Assembly: GCA_964016885.1 (NCBI GenBank)
Contig: OZ024741.1
Coordinates: 102,486,001 to 102,550,000 of the forward strand
From: Eledone cirrhosa
Taxonomy: Eukaryota
Direction of reading: 5' to 3'
Length of the DNA stretch: 64,000 bases
Positions 1 to 13,900 of this stretch are shown here, piece by piece. Under the pieces are notes generated by a model, which saw only the letters and a program-made list of their open reading frames with translations, searched no databases and was not told the DNA's origin. The translations under genes were made by a program, and so were the position numbers. Numbering within the stretch: the stretch's first letter is position 1; each line of letters starts with the position of its first letter.

Positions 1-48
1 CTTCCGAAGAAAATAAAGGAGCTATTTCAGTGTCCGACGAGCTTTTGA

Positions 49-49
<1 letters not shown>

Positions 50-89
<40 letters not shown>

Positions 90-145
90 TGTGTGTGTGT
101 GTGTGTGTGTGTCTGTGTGTGTGTCTGTGTGTGTGTATGTGTCCG
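50..145. repeat. (TG)n microsatellite
   Basis: Nearly pure GT dinucleotide run. Confidence 0.95.
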
Positions 146-753
146 TGTCCAGCAAACGAAACCAGAACCTTGTGATGAGTCTAATGCCTTAATAACTAAG
201 CGACGCATCTTCACTCAATCTGCTGTCGACAGTATTTCGAATAGTTATAATACTTCTCCCCACATTTCTACGTGGAAAAATATCCAGATGTTTGCTAAAA
301 CATGTATATGCAATTTTCTGGTTTATTACTCAATTTAATTAAAAGACAACCAACACGGTATAACACATGATAAGTGGCTGCACAGCAAAAGAACATCCAT
401 ACCATATCAGTAAAAAAGAAATGTAGAAAAGTCTAATTATAAATTTGGAGTATAGTAGTAAAAACACACACACACACAAACATATATGGATATGTATGAA
501 TGCATGCATGTGTTTGTGTATGTGTGTGTGTATGTGTGTGTGTTTGTGTGTGTATGTAAAGTGCAAAAGAAAGAAGTGCGTATTTAATCGCCTTCTGTTT
601 TGAAATATTTTACATTTTACCTGTATTTTCTTGTTTACTGTTGATGTATAATTCACCTTTATAAGATGTAGAAATAATCAAACAATTTTCCGCATGATTG
701 ATTATGAATATCATAATTATTTATTCAAGCCGGTGTAAAACAATGCAAAAGAT

Positions 754-949
754 ATAATAACTGTTTCTACTTTTGGCACAAGGCCAGCAATTATCCCAGT
801 GCATTACTGGTACTTTATTTTATCGACCCCGTAAGGATGAAAGGCAAAGTCAACCTCGGCGAGATTTGAACTCAGACCATAAAGGGCCGTAACTCTTTGC
901 TGCAAAGCATGGTGTCCGACCCTCTACCGATACTGCCAATCCACCGCCC
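754..949 (-). mobile_element. tRNA-head SINE (Meta-like core), full-length copy
   Basis: Minus strand shows A-box-like TGGCAGTATCGG, B-box-like GAGTTCAAATC, core GCCTTTCATCCTTACGGGGTCGATAAAATAAAGTACCAG and an (ATT)n tail. Near-identical copies at 31054-31660, 38281-38376 and 52587-52772. Confidence 0.8.
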
Positions 950-1332
950 TTAAGATATAATAACACCAACAAATAAACGACAAAACAAAACATCGATAAT
1001 CTGCATCGACAAATTTTCTGATTCAATAAAGAAAAGAAAACTAAGGGTCACTTGTAATTGTAAGGAACACGTTTGAAGTAAAAAGTATACAAATTGGATT
1101 TGGAATAGAAACCGTGTCGTAGATTTGGTTCGCTCGATACATTGATATTAATTTCTTACGTGTACAGAAGTCATTAAAACATGTTGATGTGAAGATGGAA
1201 TGAAAGTATCAGACTTGAAAAAATATTAAGTACCGGGATCGATATGATCAAGGAAAACCCCTTCAAAGTGGTTTCCAAGCAGTCGGTGTCTAATAATTGA
1301 AGCAAGTATTCTGAAAGTATATATATATATAT

Positions 1333-2120
1333 AATGAAAAAATTTGAACAGGGACAAAACAGAGAGGCAGTACAACGAATGTTTATTAATTTCACGCTCT
1401 GGAGAATGGGATGTTGGTGGGGGACGACGTTCCGGGCATAAGCCCTTCCTCAGGTGATAAGTGTGTGGGAACAGAGTTCAAAGGGTGTGTAGGGGAGTGG
1501 TGGAGAGACATATAGCGAAAGGAAACGGTGCGAATGAAAAAATAAAAAATAAAGATAAAAATAAAGATAAAGCATGATCAAAATACAAGGAATGAGATAA
1601 ATTTAAATGTAAAGGCATGATCAAAATAAACTGAAATTAAAAGGGGGGTAAAGGGTGTGGGGTGTGTAGGGGTGGTGGCGGCTGGAGTGGGGAGAGGGAG
1701 ACGGGGTGTCCGAGCGGGGAGGGCTGAAGGTGGTGTGTGTGTGTAGGTGTGCGTGTGTGTGTGCGTGTGTGTATGTGAAAGTAAGGGTTGGGGGAAGAAC
1801 GGGGTTGCATGTTCAGGAAGAGGTGTGTGTGTGTGTGGGGGGGGTCGGAGTGTCTGTGCGTGTGTGGATAGAGGGGTGGGGGGAGAGGAATCAGGAGGCT
1901 GAGGGTGTAAATATGTGGTGGAAAGCACGTGTATGTGGGGTTTAAGCGTGTTGTGGGTGTAGGTGGCGTGTGGAGAAAAAAATTTGTTTGGGGTGTGTGT
2001 GGGGGTGAGTTATATAGGTGATTACGTAAGAGGATGGTTGAAAAGTAGGTAAATTCCGAAGATGTTTAGTGGATTCGTTGTTGGTCAATTTCTGCGTGTG
2101 GGTATTCCATGAAGCGATGG
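1333..2120 (-). mobile_element. 5'-truncated Penelope-like 3' UTR/pLTR remnant with degenerate minimal hammerhead (1423-1453)
   Basis: Minus strand reads CTGAGGA-A-GGGC-TTAT-GCCC-GGAAC-GTC (GAAA mutated), then AATAAA and a (TA)n junction. The strand is C/A-rich like the PLE at 54960-56550 and is flanked by (TA)n on both sides. Confidence 0.6.
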
Positions 2121-2857
<737 letters not shown>

Positions 2858-4189
2858 AATTAGTATATCTACCAACATATATATATACAGATGTATACCT
2901 ATGCTAGCAAATATATAGGTTTTGTCTTAGTAACTTTGTGGTTCAATGCAAGGGGATGCAGAACAATTATATGAAAGACGTAAAATAAGAAAATTATAAA
3001 AATTTACTTACTTACTAAAATTTCACTCCAACTAATTAGTTTCTGAAAGGGAATAAACATGGTTTCCTATTGGAACAAGATGGAGAAATATCCTTTCGTC
3101 ATCAGGGAGATCTGTTCTCAGCTAAGTTCCCAGGCAAAGCGTGGACACAGGGAACTTATACAAAAATAATTCAGTGGATGGAAAAAAGCAAGCGAGGACT
3201 AGATTCCAGGACATTGAAAAAAATCACTGCCTACTTAGTCGGTGGCGAATTCAAAAGAATCAATCACGTGACATCGAGGTCAATCAGTGAGGAGTGAGGG
3301 TGCTAATAAGACAGTCCGACCTGCTCTGTTGTAACGACAGAATGAACCTGTTGGACGTAGAAAATGTCTAGAACGATTCACATTCCTTTATGATGGTCAG
3401 TTAATGTTGGTTTTGATTGGTGGTTTTGCTATAAGGAACGTTTTGGTTGTGTGCGATAGGTGGGGGGAACGATTATAATGAGCATTGGGGAGCGATGGTT
3501 GGTGTGAGTTGCCGGGGTGTAGAGATTTGGCTCTTTCATAGACATTATGGCGTATATGTGGTGAAGTGAGCGTGCTAGGGTGGAAGAGGAGGTGGTTATG
3601 GGCTACACGTGGTGGGAGATGAAAGAGTGCGGTGCTGTACTAAGGTGGTGGTGGTGGTGGGGTCTGTTGGTCAGAGGAATAAAATAAAAATAAATAAAAG
3701 TAAACTAAACCTAGGTTACGAATAAAGCTTTGGTGGGTAGGAGGTCTAACGTTTACTGTGATGTGTTTAGTATGTAAACGATCTATATACTTTTTGCATC
3801 AGAAAAGAAAATAATAAAGGATTGTGGCTAGTGTGTCAAATGAATATAAATAAATATATGAATAAATGTAATAGTTGCTACACTAATTATATGGGCTAAC
3901 CTATACACTGGTACGCACACACACACACACTCATATGCAGAGTATACGAAGCCACAGACACTTCCAACGCATATATACAAACACATATTTATACCTCTGT
4001 ATATACACGCACTCAGATATATACGTGCTCATAGGCCCAGACGTTCATACAACTATATCCGTCTGCAAGCGTTCTACGCCCAAGAGGTTCATTCTGTCAT
4101 TACCACTGCAGAGGTCCGACGAGCCTTTGATTCCAGAGTCGGGCTAGATCGATACAGATCGAACCTTATTAGTATTATTATTATTATTA

Positions 4190-4890
4190 TTGTTCTTTGA
4201 GTCTCAGTCATTGATGTTATTTAACTGGAAAGTTTGTTGAAATGAATATCAAGTCGCTACCTGCAACCTCAGATATTCAGAACGTATCGGAGGGTTCTTG
4301 CTGTTCCCAGCAAGCATGCCTTTTGAAGTGTTCCAATAAGCGAGGCTGGACTAATTTTCTTTAACCATCCTTGGAAACTCTTTGAGATAGTACCTAGCGC
4401 GCCTATAACACTCGGGACGACTCTGACTTTATGGAAGTTCTAAATCCTTTTTACCTCCCACTTTAAGTCCTGGTATCGGTTAATTTTCTCTCTCTCCTTT
4501 TCTTGCACTCTCGTGTCAAATGGGCAGGCTACATCTACAACCAGGCACGATCTTTTTTTCTTGTCCAAAATCACCATGTCAGGCCTATTATGTTCCAGTT
4601 TCTTGTCCGTCTGTATCCTAAAATCCCATAGCACCTTCACCTGATCGTTTTCTATCACCGACTCTGGCTTATATTCATACCACTTCTCAGAATGTGGTAA
4701 ATTGTTTACTTTCCATAGGTGCCAGTGGATCACCCTGCCCATCACATCATGTCTCCAGCCTTTATAGTGAGTCTGGGCTAGGTGTTTACACTCGGATACA
4801 ATGTGAGCCACAGTCTCCTCTCTCTCTATTCACAGATCCTTCACAGTGAGCTAGCCTCCTCCTTATCAATATGGTATTTCACTCACTTCG
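4190..4890 (-). mobile_element. R4/Dong-like non-LTR retrotransposon 3' fragment (CCHC + restriction-like endonuclease)
   Basis: ORF 4440-4811 has HIVSEC...RHD...RPDMVILD..K..VDVACP; it continues after a break as VIGALG...LQKACLLGTARTLR. The 3' end abuts (TAA)n at ~4165-4190. Confidence 0.85.
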
Positions 4891-5135
4891 TTAGCACCTT
4901 CATTATTATTATTATTATTGAATGCCATGGTTGACGGAGGCTCGGCTCTGTAAGGTATAGTAATTTTTAACCGTTAAAACAATTGTAAATTGTTTAAAAC
5001 TTGAACCAAATTGTTGATAAAGACACCCTCCTCCTCGTGAGAGGGGTCTTTCTGTCCGTTATTTGGCCCTTCGGGGTTAAATAACCAGTTATTGGGGTTT
5101 TGTACCCAAAATTTCATTTTAAACAAAAAAACAAC

Positions 5136-7211
5136 ATGGCTACGAAAGAGAAATTTCATACGTCACTCCCACTCATTCCGTCTTCTTCTTCCTCAATCAT
5201 CACTACAGCAGAGAGAAGATTGTCTCTCTCCCTCCCTTCTTTAAATGTGTCTCTCTCCCTCCCTTCTCTTTCGCAAGTGACGAAAGAAAAGAAAAGTCTC
5301 GTGCAAAGCGTGCAAGGTTTCTCCACGACGACAGCGACGAAACAGGTGTGCGGGAAATACGAAAACCCAGTTCATTCGTCTGACGTCAGGAATAATAGCA
5401 GTAGCAGCCGTAATAACAACAGCAACAGTGACAATGAAAACAACAGTAGCAGCCGCAACAGCATCACCAGCAGCATAAACAACAACAGCATTAGCAGCAG
5501 CAACACCAACAACAACCACAGCAACAGCGGCGGAGGCAGTAGTCGTAGTACCTGCAGCAACAACAAAAGTACCAGCAGCTCTGACGACAACAACAACAGC
5601 AGAGAAAAACCAATCTCATTTGCAGGTATTGCGAAAAACTTGGAAACAATCCTCATAACAAATGAGGAATTAGAGGAAGCGAAGAAGATGGTGACAAAGA
5701 ACGGACACCGAGCAATCTGCAAGGCAGCGGAAAAATTTTTCGAAACCCAAGAGCACTGTACGGTCACGTACCGTACAGTAAGTACAAAATCCCGTAGGGT
5801 GGAAAGAGTCACAGAGGCCCAAATACAAAAAGCCTTGGGGTCTGTGTGGCAGCGGAAAACGCACATCACCCGAGGCAAAAAATATGCCACCGTAGACGTA
5901 CTTTTTGCCACACCCCAGGAGGCAAAGGCCCAATCAGTAGTGACCCTAAGGAGCGAGGAAATGGTGTTGGTGCCCTCCTACTGCGGGCAAAAAATTGTGA
6001 GGGTCAAACTGACCCACGTCCCCCCCGGAATGACCCCTTCTTGGCTGGCCGCGTCTGTCCTCGTCGGAATCGAGGACAAAACAACTGTACTGCAAGTACA
6101 GAAAAAAGTAAGAGAAGATTGGGTCGGCTCCTCCATTGAGATGCTAATCCAAACCAACCAGGAGTGCATCGAAGCTATCCCGGATGTGATAGACTTCGAT
6201 AACGGCACTCAACTGCCCATAAGTGTTGAGGGCAAACGCCCGAAATGCTTTCGCTGTGGATCGAAGACTCACCTCAGAGCCTTCTGCAACGAGAAGACCC
6301 TGAGAAAGGAGAAAACCCCCCTCCTTCCGAATCCGGCTCCACGGCTACCAGCAACAGGACAAGCGGCAACCAGGAACGATAGGTCCGTGGCACCCATACC
6401 CACGCCACGGAAATCAAAAACAGCAGCAGCAGTGGAAATATTAACAACAACAACAGCAATACCAAATGCAGCTGCAACAGAGACTCCAGTGCAAACATCA
6501 CCAACAACAACAAGTGAAAGAGTGGAGCTGGTACCCCTCCCCGACCTCACAGAATCAGACATGGAGTGTGAGGTGGGAGAGGGATGGCAAAAGGTCGCAA
6601 GAAGGCACAAACGCAGAAGCAGCGCATCGTCGCCTTTGAAAAGGGAGGAAAGAAATGAGAAAAGGGTAAAGTCTACTGCAAAGAGACCCACAGCAGCAAC
6701 ACCACCAACACCATCACCACCCACACCAGCACCACCATCACCACCGCCAACAACACCTTCAACACCACCACCACAAGCACCAACATCGCAAACACAACAA
6801 CAAAACACACACACCCAGCAACAACGACAAGAAAATAGCAGAACCACACCCCACCCCCAGAAAAACAAATGCACGGCAATAAACACACACAACAAGAAAC
6901 TAATGACTTACATAATTGAACACACAGACATTTCACAACAGGACTACATAATACCAGCACCAATCAAAACGCCAACTAACATAAGACTGCTAAAAATAGC
7001 TCAGAAACAATACACAAACATTAAAACGAAATTCCCCAAAGCAGTTGGTGATTTCAGGGACCTAGGAGGAACCATCAATCGAAGAGTATATTCAGACATT
7101 CTCTTAGAAGAGCCGACGACCAGCCGAAGGGACGATTCAACGGTCCCTTCACCAGACGATCAAATGAAAAGGGATGTAAAAACCATCCCTCCTCTACCAA
7201 AAGTACGGTAA
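5136..7211 (+). CDS. LINE ORF1 protein, gag-like zinc knuckle
   Basis: Open from ATG 5136. CX2CX4HX4C knuckle CFRCGSKTHLRAFC, GWQKVARRHKRR motif, and low-complexity N/S and P/T tracts typical of Tx1 ORF1. Confidence 0.85.
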   Translation: MATKEKFHTSLPLIPSSSSSIITTAERRLSLSLPSLNVSLSLPSLSQVTKEKKSLVQSVQGFSTTTATKQVCGKYENPVHSSDVRNNSSSSRNNNSNSDNENNSSSRNSITSSINNNSISSSNTNNNHSNSGGGSSRSTCSNNKSTSSSDDNNNSREKPISFAGIAKNLETILITNEELEEAKKMVTKNGHRAICKAAEKFFETQEHCTVTYRTVSTKSRRVERVTEAQIQKALGSVWQRKTHITRGKKYATVDVLFATPQEAKAQSVVTLRSEEMVLVPSYCGQKIVRVKLTHVPPGMTPSWLAASVLVGIEDKTTVLQVQKKVREDWVGSSIEMLIQTNQECIEAIPDVIDFDNGTQLPISVEGKRPKCFRCGSKTHLRAFCNEKTLRKEKTPLLPNPAPRLPATGQAATRNDRSVAPIPTPRKSKTAAAVEILTTTTAIPNAAATETPVQTSPTTTSERVELVPLPDLTESDMECEVGEGWQKVARRHKRRSSASSPLKREERNEKRVKSTAKRPTAATPPTPSPPTPAPPSPPPTTPSTPPPQAPTSQTQQQNTHTQQQRQENSRTTPHPQKNKCTAINTHNKKLMTYIIEHTDISQQDYIIPAPIKTPTNIRLLKIAQKQYTNIKTKFPKAVGDFRDLGGTINRRVYSDILLEEPTTSRRDDSTVPSPDDQMKRDVKTIPPLPKVR

Positions 7212-7246
7212 GTGGTCTTTCCCATCTTTTCCACTCTATTTTAAAC

Positions 7247-10200
7247 ATGACCTCACTCAGAATAGGCAGCATAAATGCGCGTGGCTTGGGGTCGTCATGG
7301 AAGCAGGGTCACCTGCTCAACGACCTCAGGTCACTAAACATAGATGTAGTGGCCATCAGCGAGACCAGAATCTCCGAAGCACGGGCCTTCGCACCGATCT
7401 TCGGCGGCTACGATGTGTACGCATCTCCCAGCCGTCCTGGATCGGGTGGAGGAGTTGCTGTGCTTTTTCGGAGAGGTTTGGATCTCGCCATACGGGCCAT
7501 CTTCCTGGACCCAGAGGGTAAGCTGGTGGTGCTGGACGTGACCAGCGGAGACGAGCAAGCTTTCAGGCTAGTGGCCGTCTATGCCCCGACAGGAGCAGGG
7601 CGGCCTGAGTCTTCCGGCGTCTGGAGACCTTTCTTGGAACGTCCCGCTCTTTAGTGTTAGTGGGCGACTGGAACGGGATCTTAGATGCACGCTGGGACTG
7701 TGTGGGATTAGCGGATAGGGGTGGAGGGTGCAAGAGCCTCACCAACCTGCTCAGGCGTTTTGAACTGTCTGACAGGTACCGATTGGATTTCCCGAATGTG
7801 CCAATGTGGACTTGGACAAACCGCATAGGGTCATCCAGATCATATCTAGATAGAGTATTTTGTAGGGAAATAGATAGGTCTAGCATAGGCTGTCCACAAT
7901 TCAAGATAGTCAGCTACACGGACCACAAATTCGTGACCTGTGTGCTTGACTTAGATAGGCTTCATAGACGAGGACCCGGCTACTGGAAGCTAAACGCGTC
8001 CTTACCAGCGCGCAAGGCCTACAGAGACCGGATTAGCGAACTAGTTAAGCGGGCGTTGACGGGGGCCATCGTCAACAATAAGTGGTGGTTTGCTCTGAAA
8101 AGAGCGATTAGAATAGAATCGATTAGGTTTAGTAAGGCTTTAGCAATAGAGAAAAATAGAGCAGAGGGAGAACTAGTTAGAAAATTAGACGAGGCGCTTA
8201 GCAAAGGCATTGCGACCGACGTGCTTGCGGCGAAATTGGCCCTTGACCAATTCTTCAATGCAAAGCACGAAGGCTGCGTTGTCAGAGCTAGGGTGCGTGC
8301 TCTCAGACACGAGGGGACGAAAGCCGTTCAATGGGCCCGAGTGGCGGAGGCGCGTCGTGGCAACAAAGCCACGATCCGGTTTTTGGTGGACCACGACGGG
8401 CGCATGCTACTCGATCCCGGGCAAATGTGTGAAGCTTTTCAGCGACACTTCGCTCAGCTGTTCGGGGGCATCGGGGGGCCGGGTAGAGGGATGGACTTTA
8501 GTGTCTACCTCGACGGACTGCCGCGGCTCTCGGCCACTGAGGCGAAGTGTTGCGAAAAGCCGATAACAGCCGCTGAAGTAAGGGAGGCAATGACTGGCTG
8601 CACAAGGGGTAAATCGCCTGGTTTGGATGGTCTGCCCTATGAACTTTACGTACAGATGCCAGACTTGTTCGGAGGCCTCTTGGCGGACGTCTACTGCAAC
8701 TGGCAACAGAACGGGAGAATTCCCAGTTCTGTGAGCCGAGGAGCGGTGGCACTGCTGAGAAAGGATCCGAACAAGGGGGATAACATAGAAAATTTCCGGC
8801 CCATAACTCTGCTAAACACAGAGTTTAAGATTTTGGCCAAGGTGCTAGCAAAGAGGTTGGCGCTTGTCGTTGGTGGTCTGGTGGGAGAGGCGCAGACATG
8901 CGCCATTCCCGACAGATCCATCCACGACAACCTCCACCTCATGCGATACATCGTAGAGAGGATAGCTAGGGAACCTGGCACGGGTGGGTCCTTGATCAAT
9001 TTAGACCAGTCGAAAGCTTTCGATAGGGTCGACCATCGTTACCTAGCGGCAGTCCTGAGGGCGGCTGGCTTTGGGCCCGTCTTCAGAGGCTGGATCGCTG
9101 CCATGCACAGCGACATCTGCTCTGTGGTGAGAGTGAACGGTCACCTGTCGGAACCGTTCAACATCATGCGCTCGGTCCGCCAAGGATGTCCCCTCTCGTC
9201 CCTCTTGTACGTATTGACTCTCGAGCCATTACTGCACAAACTGGAGACGTTGAGGGGAGTCCCGCGCGAACTAGGATGCGGAAGATCCGTGTCAGCATAT
9301 GCGGACGATGTCACCGTAGTGGTGTCGAACGCCAAACACATCGAGGCGATCGGCACTACACTAAGAGAATACGAAGCGGTGACAGGAGCAATGATCAACC
9401 AGGAAAAGTCAGTGGGCCTGCAGCTCGGCACCTGGAGAGGCAGGTCCATGCCGTCCAACAGCGTCGTCGGACGCTGGACGGACGGACCGGTTAAATTGCT
9501 AGGGGTCTGGTTCGGTCCAGACCTCCAGACGGACAAAAACTGGGACGAGGTGACGAGCAGGGTGGCTTCTCTCACCCAGAAATGGGCCGAGAGGAAGCTA
9601 TCCCTGAAAGGTCGAGCGGAGGTGGCTAACGCGTACATCGCGTCCGTCATCTGCTACCGCCTGACCGTCGTACCTTGTCCTAAGCCTCGCCTGACTGCGC
9701 TGGAGCGTTTGCTCTTTCGCTTTTTGTGGAAGGGACGCGCTCCGATGGTCAGGCGGTCCATCTGTTGTCAACACCCGCTACGTGGAGGGCTGGGCATGCC
9801 GTGGCTGATGATGCGCAGGCACGCGCTCAGGCTACGACATCTCCACCTCTTCCTCGACGGTGATCAGGTGTGGTCGCCGTTTGCTAGGCGCGTGTTTCCC
9901 CAGCTCGTTTCCTTGACGGAGCTGCAGTCCTGGGTCAAGCGAAGACCGAGAGGGAGCGCCTGGAGACTGGAATGTCTTCAGGCGCTCACAGCCCTCGACC
10001 AATCGGGCAATGTGATCGGTGGAAACTCCACCTCGGCGTTCTATAGAGGATTAGTGGAGGGGAAGAGCGACGACGTACTTGGGGAAACTCTAGGCGTCGA
10101 CGAAAATCAACTAGCCAATCTCTTCGGAAGAACTTTCGGGCCAGGGCCTATGGACAACTTCCAGAAATCTCTGGCCTGGCAGTGCTACCGAGGAGCCTTG

Positions 10201-10665
10201 CCAGTTCGGGATAAACTCTACAGGCATGGAGGTGCCGTCAGCCGGGCATGTCCGAGATGCGCGCAGGGCGACGAAACCGTCCTGCACGCACTCGTCCAGT
10301 GTCCGAAAATTGCTGACTTGTGGGTTTATGTCGAACACCTGCTGTCGCGTTTAGGACGGATCCAGCTATCATCTGAGTCCATCGTGATAATTGCCCCGCC
10401 CTCCTCCTTTAGCCGGGAAGGGCAGGCAGTTTTTATCTGTCTGGTGGCCATGGCGAAAGAGATAGTATGGTGGACACGTTTGAAAGGGCTGAAGACGAGC
10501 ACTTACCTCTTCGGTGATGCTCTGATTGACTTTTTCAAATTTCATTTGAAAAGGAAAATCAGAGTAGAGAGGGAAGTGCTCTCTTCCCAGCATTTTGTTG
10601 AAAGATGGGTGAGAGAAGCAAGAATGGCCCGAGTGAATGGGCCGACTCTGAGTATATATCTGTAA
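7247..10665 (+). CDS. LINE ORF2: APE endonuclease + reverse transcriptase + C-terminal CCHC; one 1-nt frameshift at ~7610
   Basis: SINARGL, ISET, VYAP, GDWN, YLDR and TDH (APE motifs); KSPGLDG, FRPITLLN, DQSKAFD, RQGCPLS and AYADD (RT motifs); CPRC...H...C. Adding one T at ~7610 gives RPEFFRRLETFLGTSRSLVLVGDWN and joins the two ORFs. Confidence 0.92.
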
Positions 10666-10925
10666 ACTAAAGGTGGAAAACTGGGAGAGGGCACTTGCCT
10701 TGGTGGTCAGGGTCATTGTGGCTTTTTACTGGGCTTTCTCCACAAATGTCCCTCCGAAGTCTCCCCCCTATTGGGGAATTTTTCATTGTTATTTTCATTG
10801 TTATTTTTGTTACATCCTCTGTTTTTGTTTTTTTACACGCAGAAATGCCCATTTGTACCGTCCTGCATTGTCCTGCACTGTCCTTAATGTCTACTTTATG
10901 TAAACCCTTGTGGTTAATAAAGAAA

Positions 10926-10927
<2 letters not shown>

Positions 10928-10977
<50 letters not shown>
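10928..10977. repeat. (ATT)n tract shared tail-to-tail by Tx1 (+) and Dong-like (-) elements
   Basis: Pure ATT repeat directly between the two 3' ends. Confidence 0.95.
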
Positions 10978-13900
10978 AGTTGAATTTATCTTGCTTTATG
11001 TTCATACGAGTTATCACCAACTCACAACCAGTGACCCCAAGAGACAACAAGGTCCGCCATGTTCAAGAAAGAACATACATACTCACACATGCATCTTTAG
11101 ATGTTTAGACTTGTGATATTGACAGAATCTTCCTTAGTATATGGGCAGTTCCCATTAGTACTATCTTTTGTATTTCTCCTATACGCGGGTTTCCTGGGAT
11201 TTTCGATAAGTAATTATTAGACCCCTTAGGTATCATTCCTAGAGCGTCTACAACCACTGGTATTGTTTTAGTTCTCAATTTCCACATTTTTCCAATTTCT
11301 ATCTCCAGGTCCTTATACTTGCTCAATTTTTCAAATGTTTTTATAGATACATTCTTGTCTATTGGAACGGACATATCAATTAGCAGGCATACCCTCTTTT
11401 TAAAGTCCTTCAGTATTATATCAGGTCTATTTGCATCTATTTTTCGGTCTGTTTGGATGCTAAAGTTCCACAAGATTGAGATGTGATCTTTTTCAAGTAT
11501 GGGAGGTGGTTGATGCTCCCACCAATTCTTTTGATGGGGCAGGTCAAAATGCTTACACATTATCCAATGTATGTATTGTGCAGCTCTGTCATGCCTGTTT
11601 AGGTATTCGGTTGGAGCTATAGGATTGCACATTGAAATTATATAGTCAATGGTCTCTGGTTGTTTTTTTACATACACGGCATAATGGGCTGCATCCATTT
11701 TTTATTATGTTGGCTTGGTAATTTTTTGTTGGCAGACACTGATCTTGTGCTGATATAATCAGTCCTTCAGTCTCCGATTTCAGTCCAGAGGATGCCAACC
11801 ACTGATGGGTTAAAGTTTTGTCAACATCAGGATTGTTAGCTCGTTCTGGGTATTTTCCATACAGAGGCTTTTCTTGCCATTTCTTAGCCAGTTTCTGTAG
11901 CAGTTCTTTCTTTGCAGTTACTTTTACCTGCTTTGCTTTTTTTGTGTTTTCCATTTCAGCAGTAAATGGAACTTCTGAAATTTGTAGTCCATTACTGTAT
12001 CTTTGTGCATATTTTGTAATGGAGTATGATCTTTTGATGCTTTCATGTTTCAAAACGAGTTTGATCATCCAATCATGTGATTCCCTTAGATATGTAGATA
12101 ATCCAATTGTTGCAGTTTTCAACGCAATGTCTAATTGGATTAACCCACGTCCTCCTTCTTTCCTAGGGAGATATATTCTATCTGTATCTGCCTTAGGGTG
12201 ATGCATTCTGTGCATGGTTAAGAATTTTCGAATTTTTGTATCGAGCCTACGGATCTCTGTGCTTGACCAGTTGATGACATTGTAACTGTAGGTTACTACT
12301 GGTATGGCAAGCGTTTTTATGGCATCGATCCTATTCCTTGCATTCAATTCCGTTCTTAAGTTTGCTCTTACTCTGCGGTAACATTCCTTCCTTACCCTTT
12401 CCCTCATTGTCGAGTGCTTGATTCCGTCTCCTTCACAAACACCTAGATATTTGTAAGTTTCCTCTTGATCAAGTTCTCTTATCACATTCCCTCGATCAAG
12501 ATTAATGTCTGAACTTTTCAGCAGCTTTCCTCTGGTGGACGTTGCTTTGGCGCATTTATCTAGTCCAAACTCCATTTTAATGTCATCACTGAACTGCTCC
12601 ACAGTGGATAATAGCCCTTGCAATTGTTCATCATTTTCTGCAAATAGTTTCAGGTCATCCATGTAGAACAAGTGATTAATGGTTTTGTCATAGACTTTAT
12701 ATCCATGTTCTGTTTCATTGAGCATTTTACTTAATGGTATAAGTGCGATGCAGAATAAAAGCGGGGATAAAGAGTCACCCTGAAAAATTCCACAATCAAT
12801 ATTAACTTCTCCAGCTTCCAGTGATTTTGTTTCACTATTCAAAAGGAGTGTCGTTTTCCATGCCTTCATACTGAATGACAAAAACCTCCTGCCAGGAGAT
12901 ATTTTGAAAATCTCTAAACATTTTTCAATCCAACTGTGTGGCAAACTATCGAATGCTTTTTTATAATCTATCCAAGCAATTGATAAATTCTTGTGTCTAT
13001 TATAACAATCTTCCAGTATCATTTTGTTAACCAAAAGCTGATCCTTACAGCCATATGAGCCTCGTCTACACGCTTTCTGCTCAATGGGAAATAGGTCATT
13101 TGTTATCAGGTGGTCATATGTTAGGACTGATGTTAAAATTTTATACATTGTGGTCAAGCAAGTTATCGGTCTCTAATTTTTGGGATTGTTTGTCTCATCA
13201 TTCTTCGGAAGTAGGAATGTAATGCCGTTAACTCGCCACGATGGTATCTTTTCTGGCTCCTTAACTATTTCATTGTAAAGTTGGGCTAACAGCTCATGAG
13301 ACTCTGTGAAGGCATTTATCCAAAAATTTTGTATTTTGTCTTTTCCTGGGGATTTCCATTTGCTGGTTTTTCTAAGAGCCAAACGCAGATGTTCAACTGT
13401 TATATTTTCCCATATTTGTTCCTCAAGGTGAGCTGTATCTTTCATTTGTCTGTCTATCCATGGGGCATGTATATTATGAACTTTTTCTTCGGCCCAGATC
13501 TTTTCCCAGAATTCTTGCACTTCCTCCTTGGGTGGTATTTATTTAGCAGTTATTGTTGACTTGCCCCTTTTTCTGTAGAAGTTTCTTTGGTTATTTTTGA
13601 ACATATTATTGTCCTTATAGAATCTAGATCGTTTTTCAAAGCGCCTTATACGAGCAGCTTTGGCCGACACTTTTTGCTTGATTATTTCTATCAGCATGCC
13701 TATGTCACTTGTTGATTTTATACTGTACTTTCTTTTCAATTTTCTAAGTTTAGTTTGTTTAACATGTTCACCTACTTTATAGTTTGTTAACATTTCTATA
13801 TCAGATCGGAGAAGGTTTATTTGGCGATTGATGTTCTCTTGCCAAGTAGATTTCTTGTGGGAATTCCTTTGTTTTTTCATTTTCACTCCACATAAGTGAG

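Larger units (their letters stand above)
4921..10927 (+). mobile_element. Apparently full-length Tx1/L1-clade LINE inserted in (ATT)n
   Basis: 5' UTR, ORF1, ORF2 (APE-RT-CCHC) and a 3' UTR ending CCCTTGTGGTTAATAAAAGAAATC. (ATT)n lies on both flanks (4902-4919 and 10928-10977). Confidence 0.92.

Noticed and set aside
31-170. CCGACGA...(TG)n...CGAAAC as a hammerhead with a microsatellite loop; similar weak motifs at ~3085, ~4115, ~32088, ~40120, ~52815 and ~54722
   Set aside because: Stems I and III or the cleavage triplet cannot be paired convincingly; could be chance or very old remnants.
5018-5051. TCCTCGT loop in the Tx1 5' UTR resembling an HDV-like ribozyme L3
   Set aside because: I could only build a simple hairpin; no P1/P2 double pseudoknot or J4/2 found by eye.
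7595-7660. Programmed ribosomal frameshift in ORF2
   Set aside because: No slippery heptamer; the break lies mid-APE and is fixed by a single T, consistent with a mutation or sequencing error.
5241-13559. Antisense and alternative-frame ORFs overlapping the LINEs
   Set aside because: Shadows of the real coding frames; no motifs.
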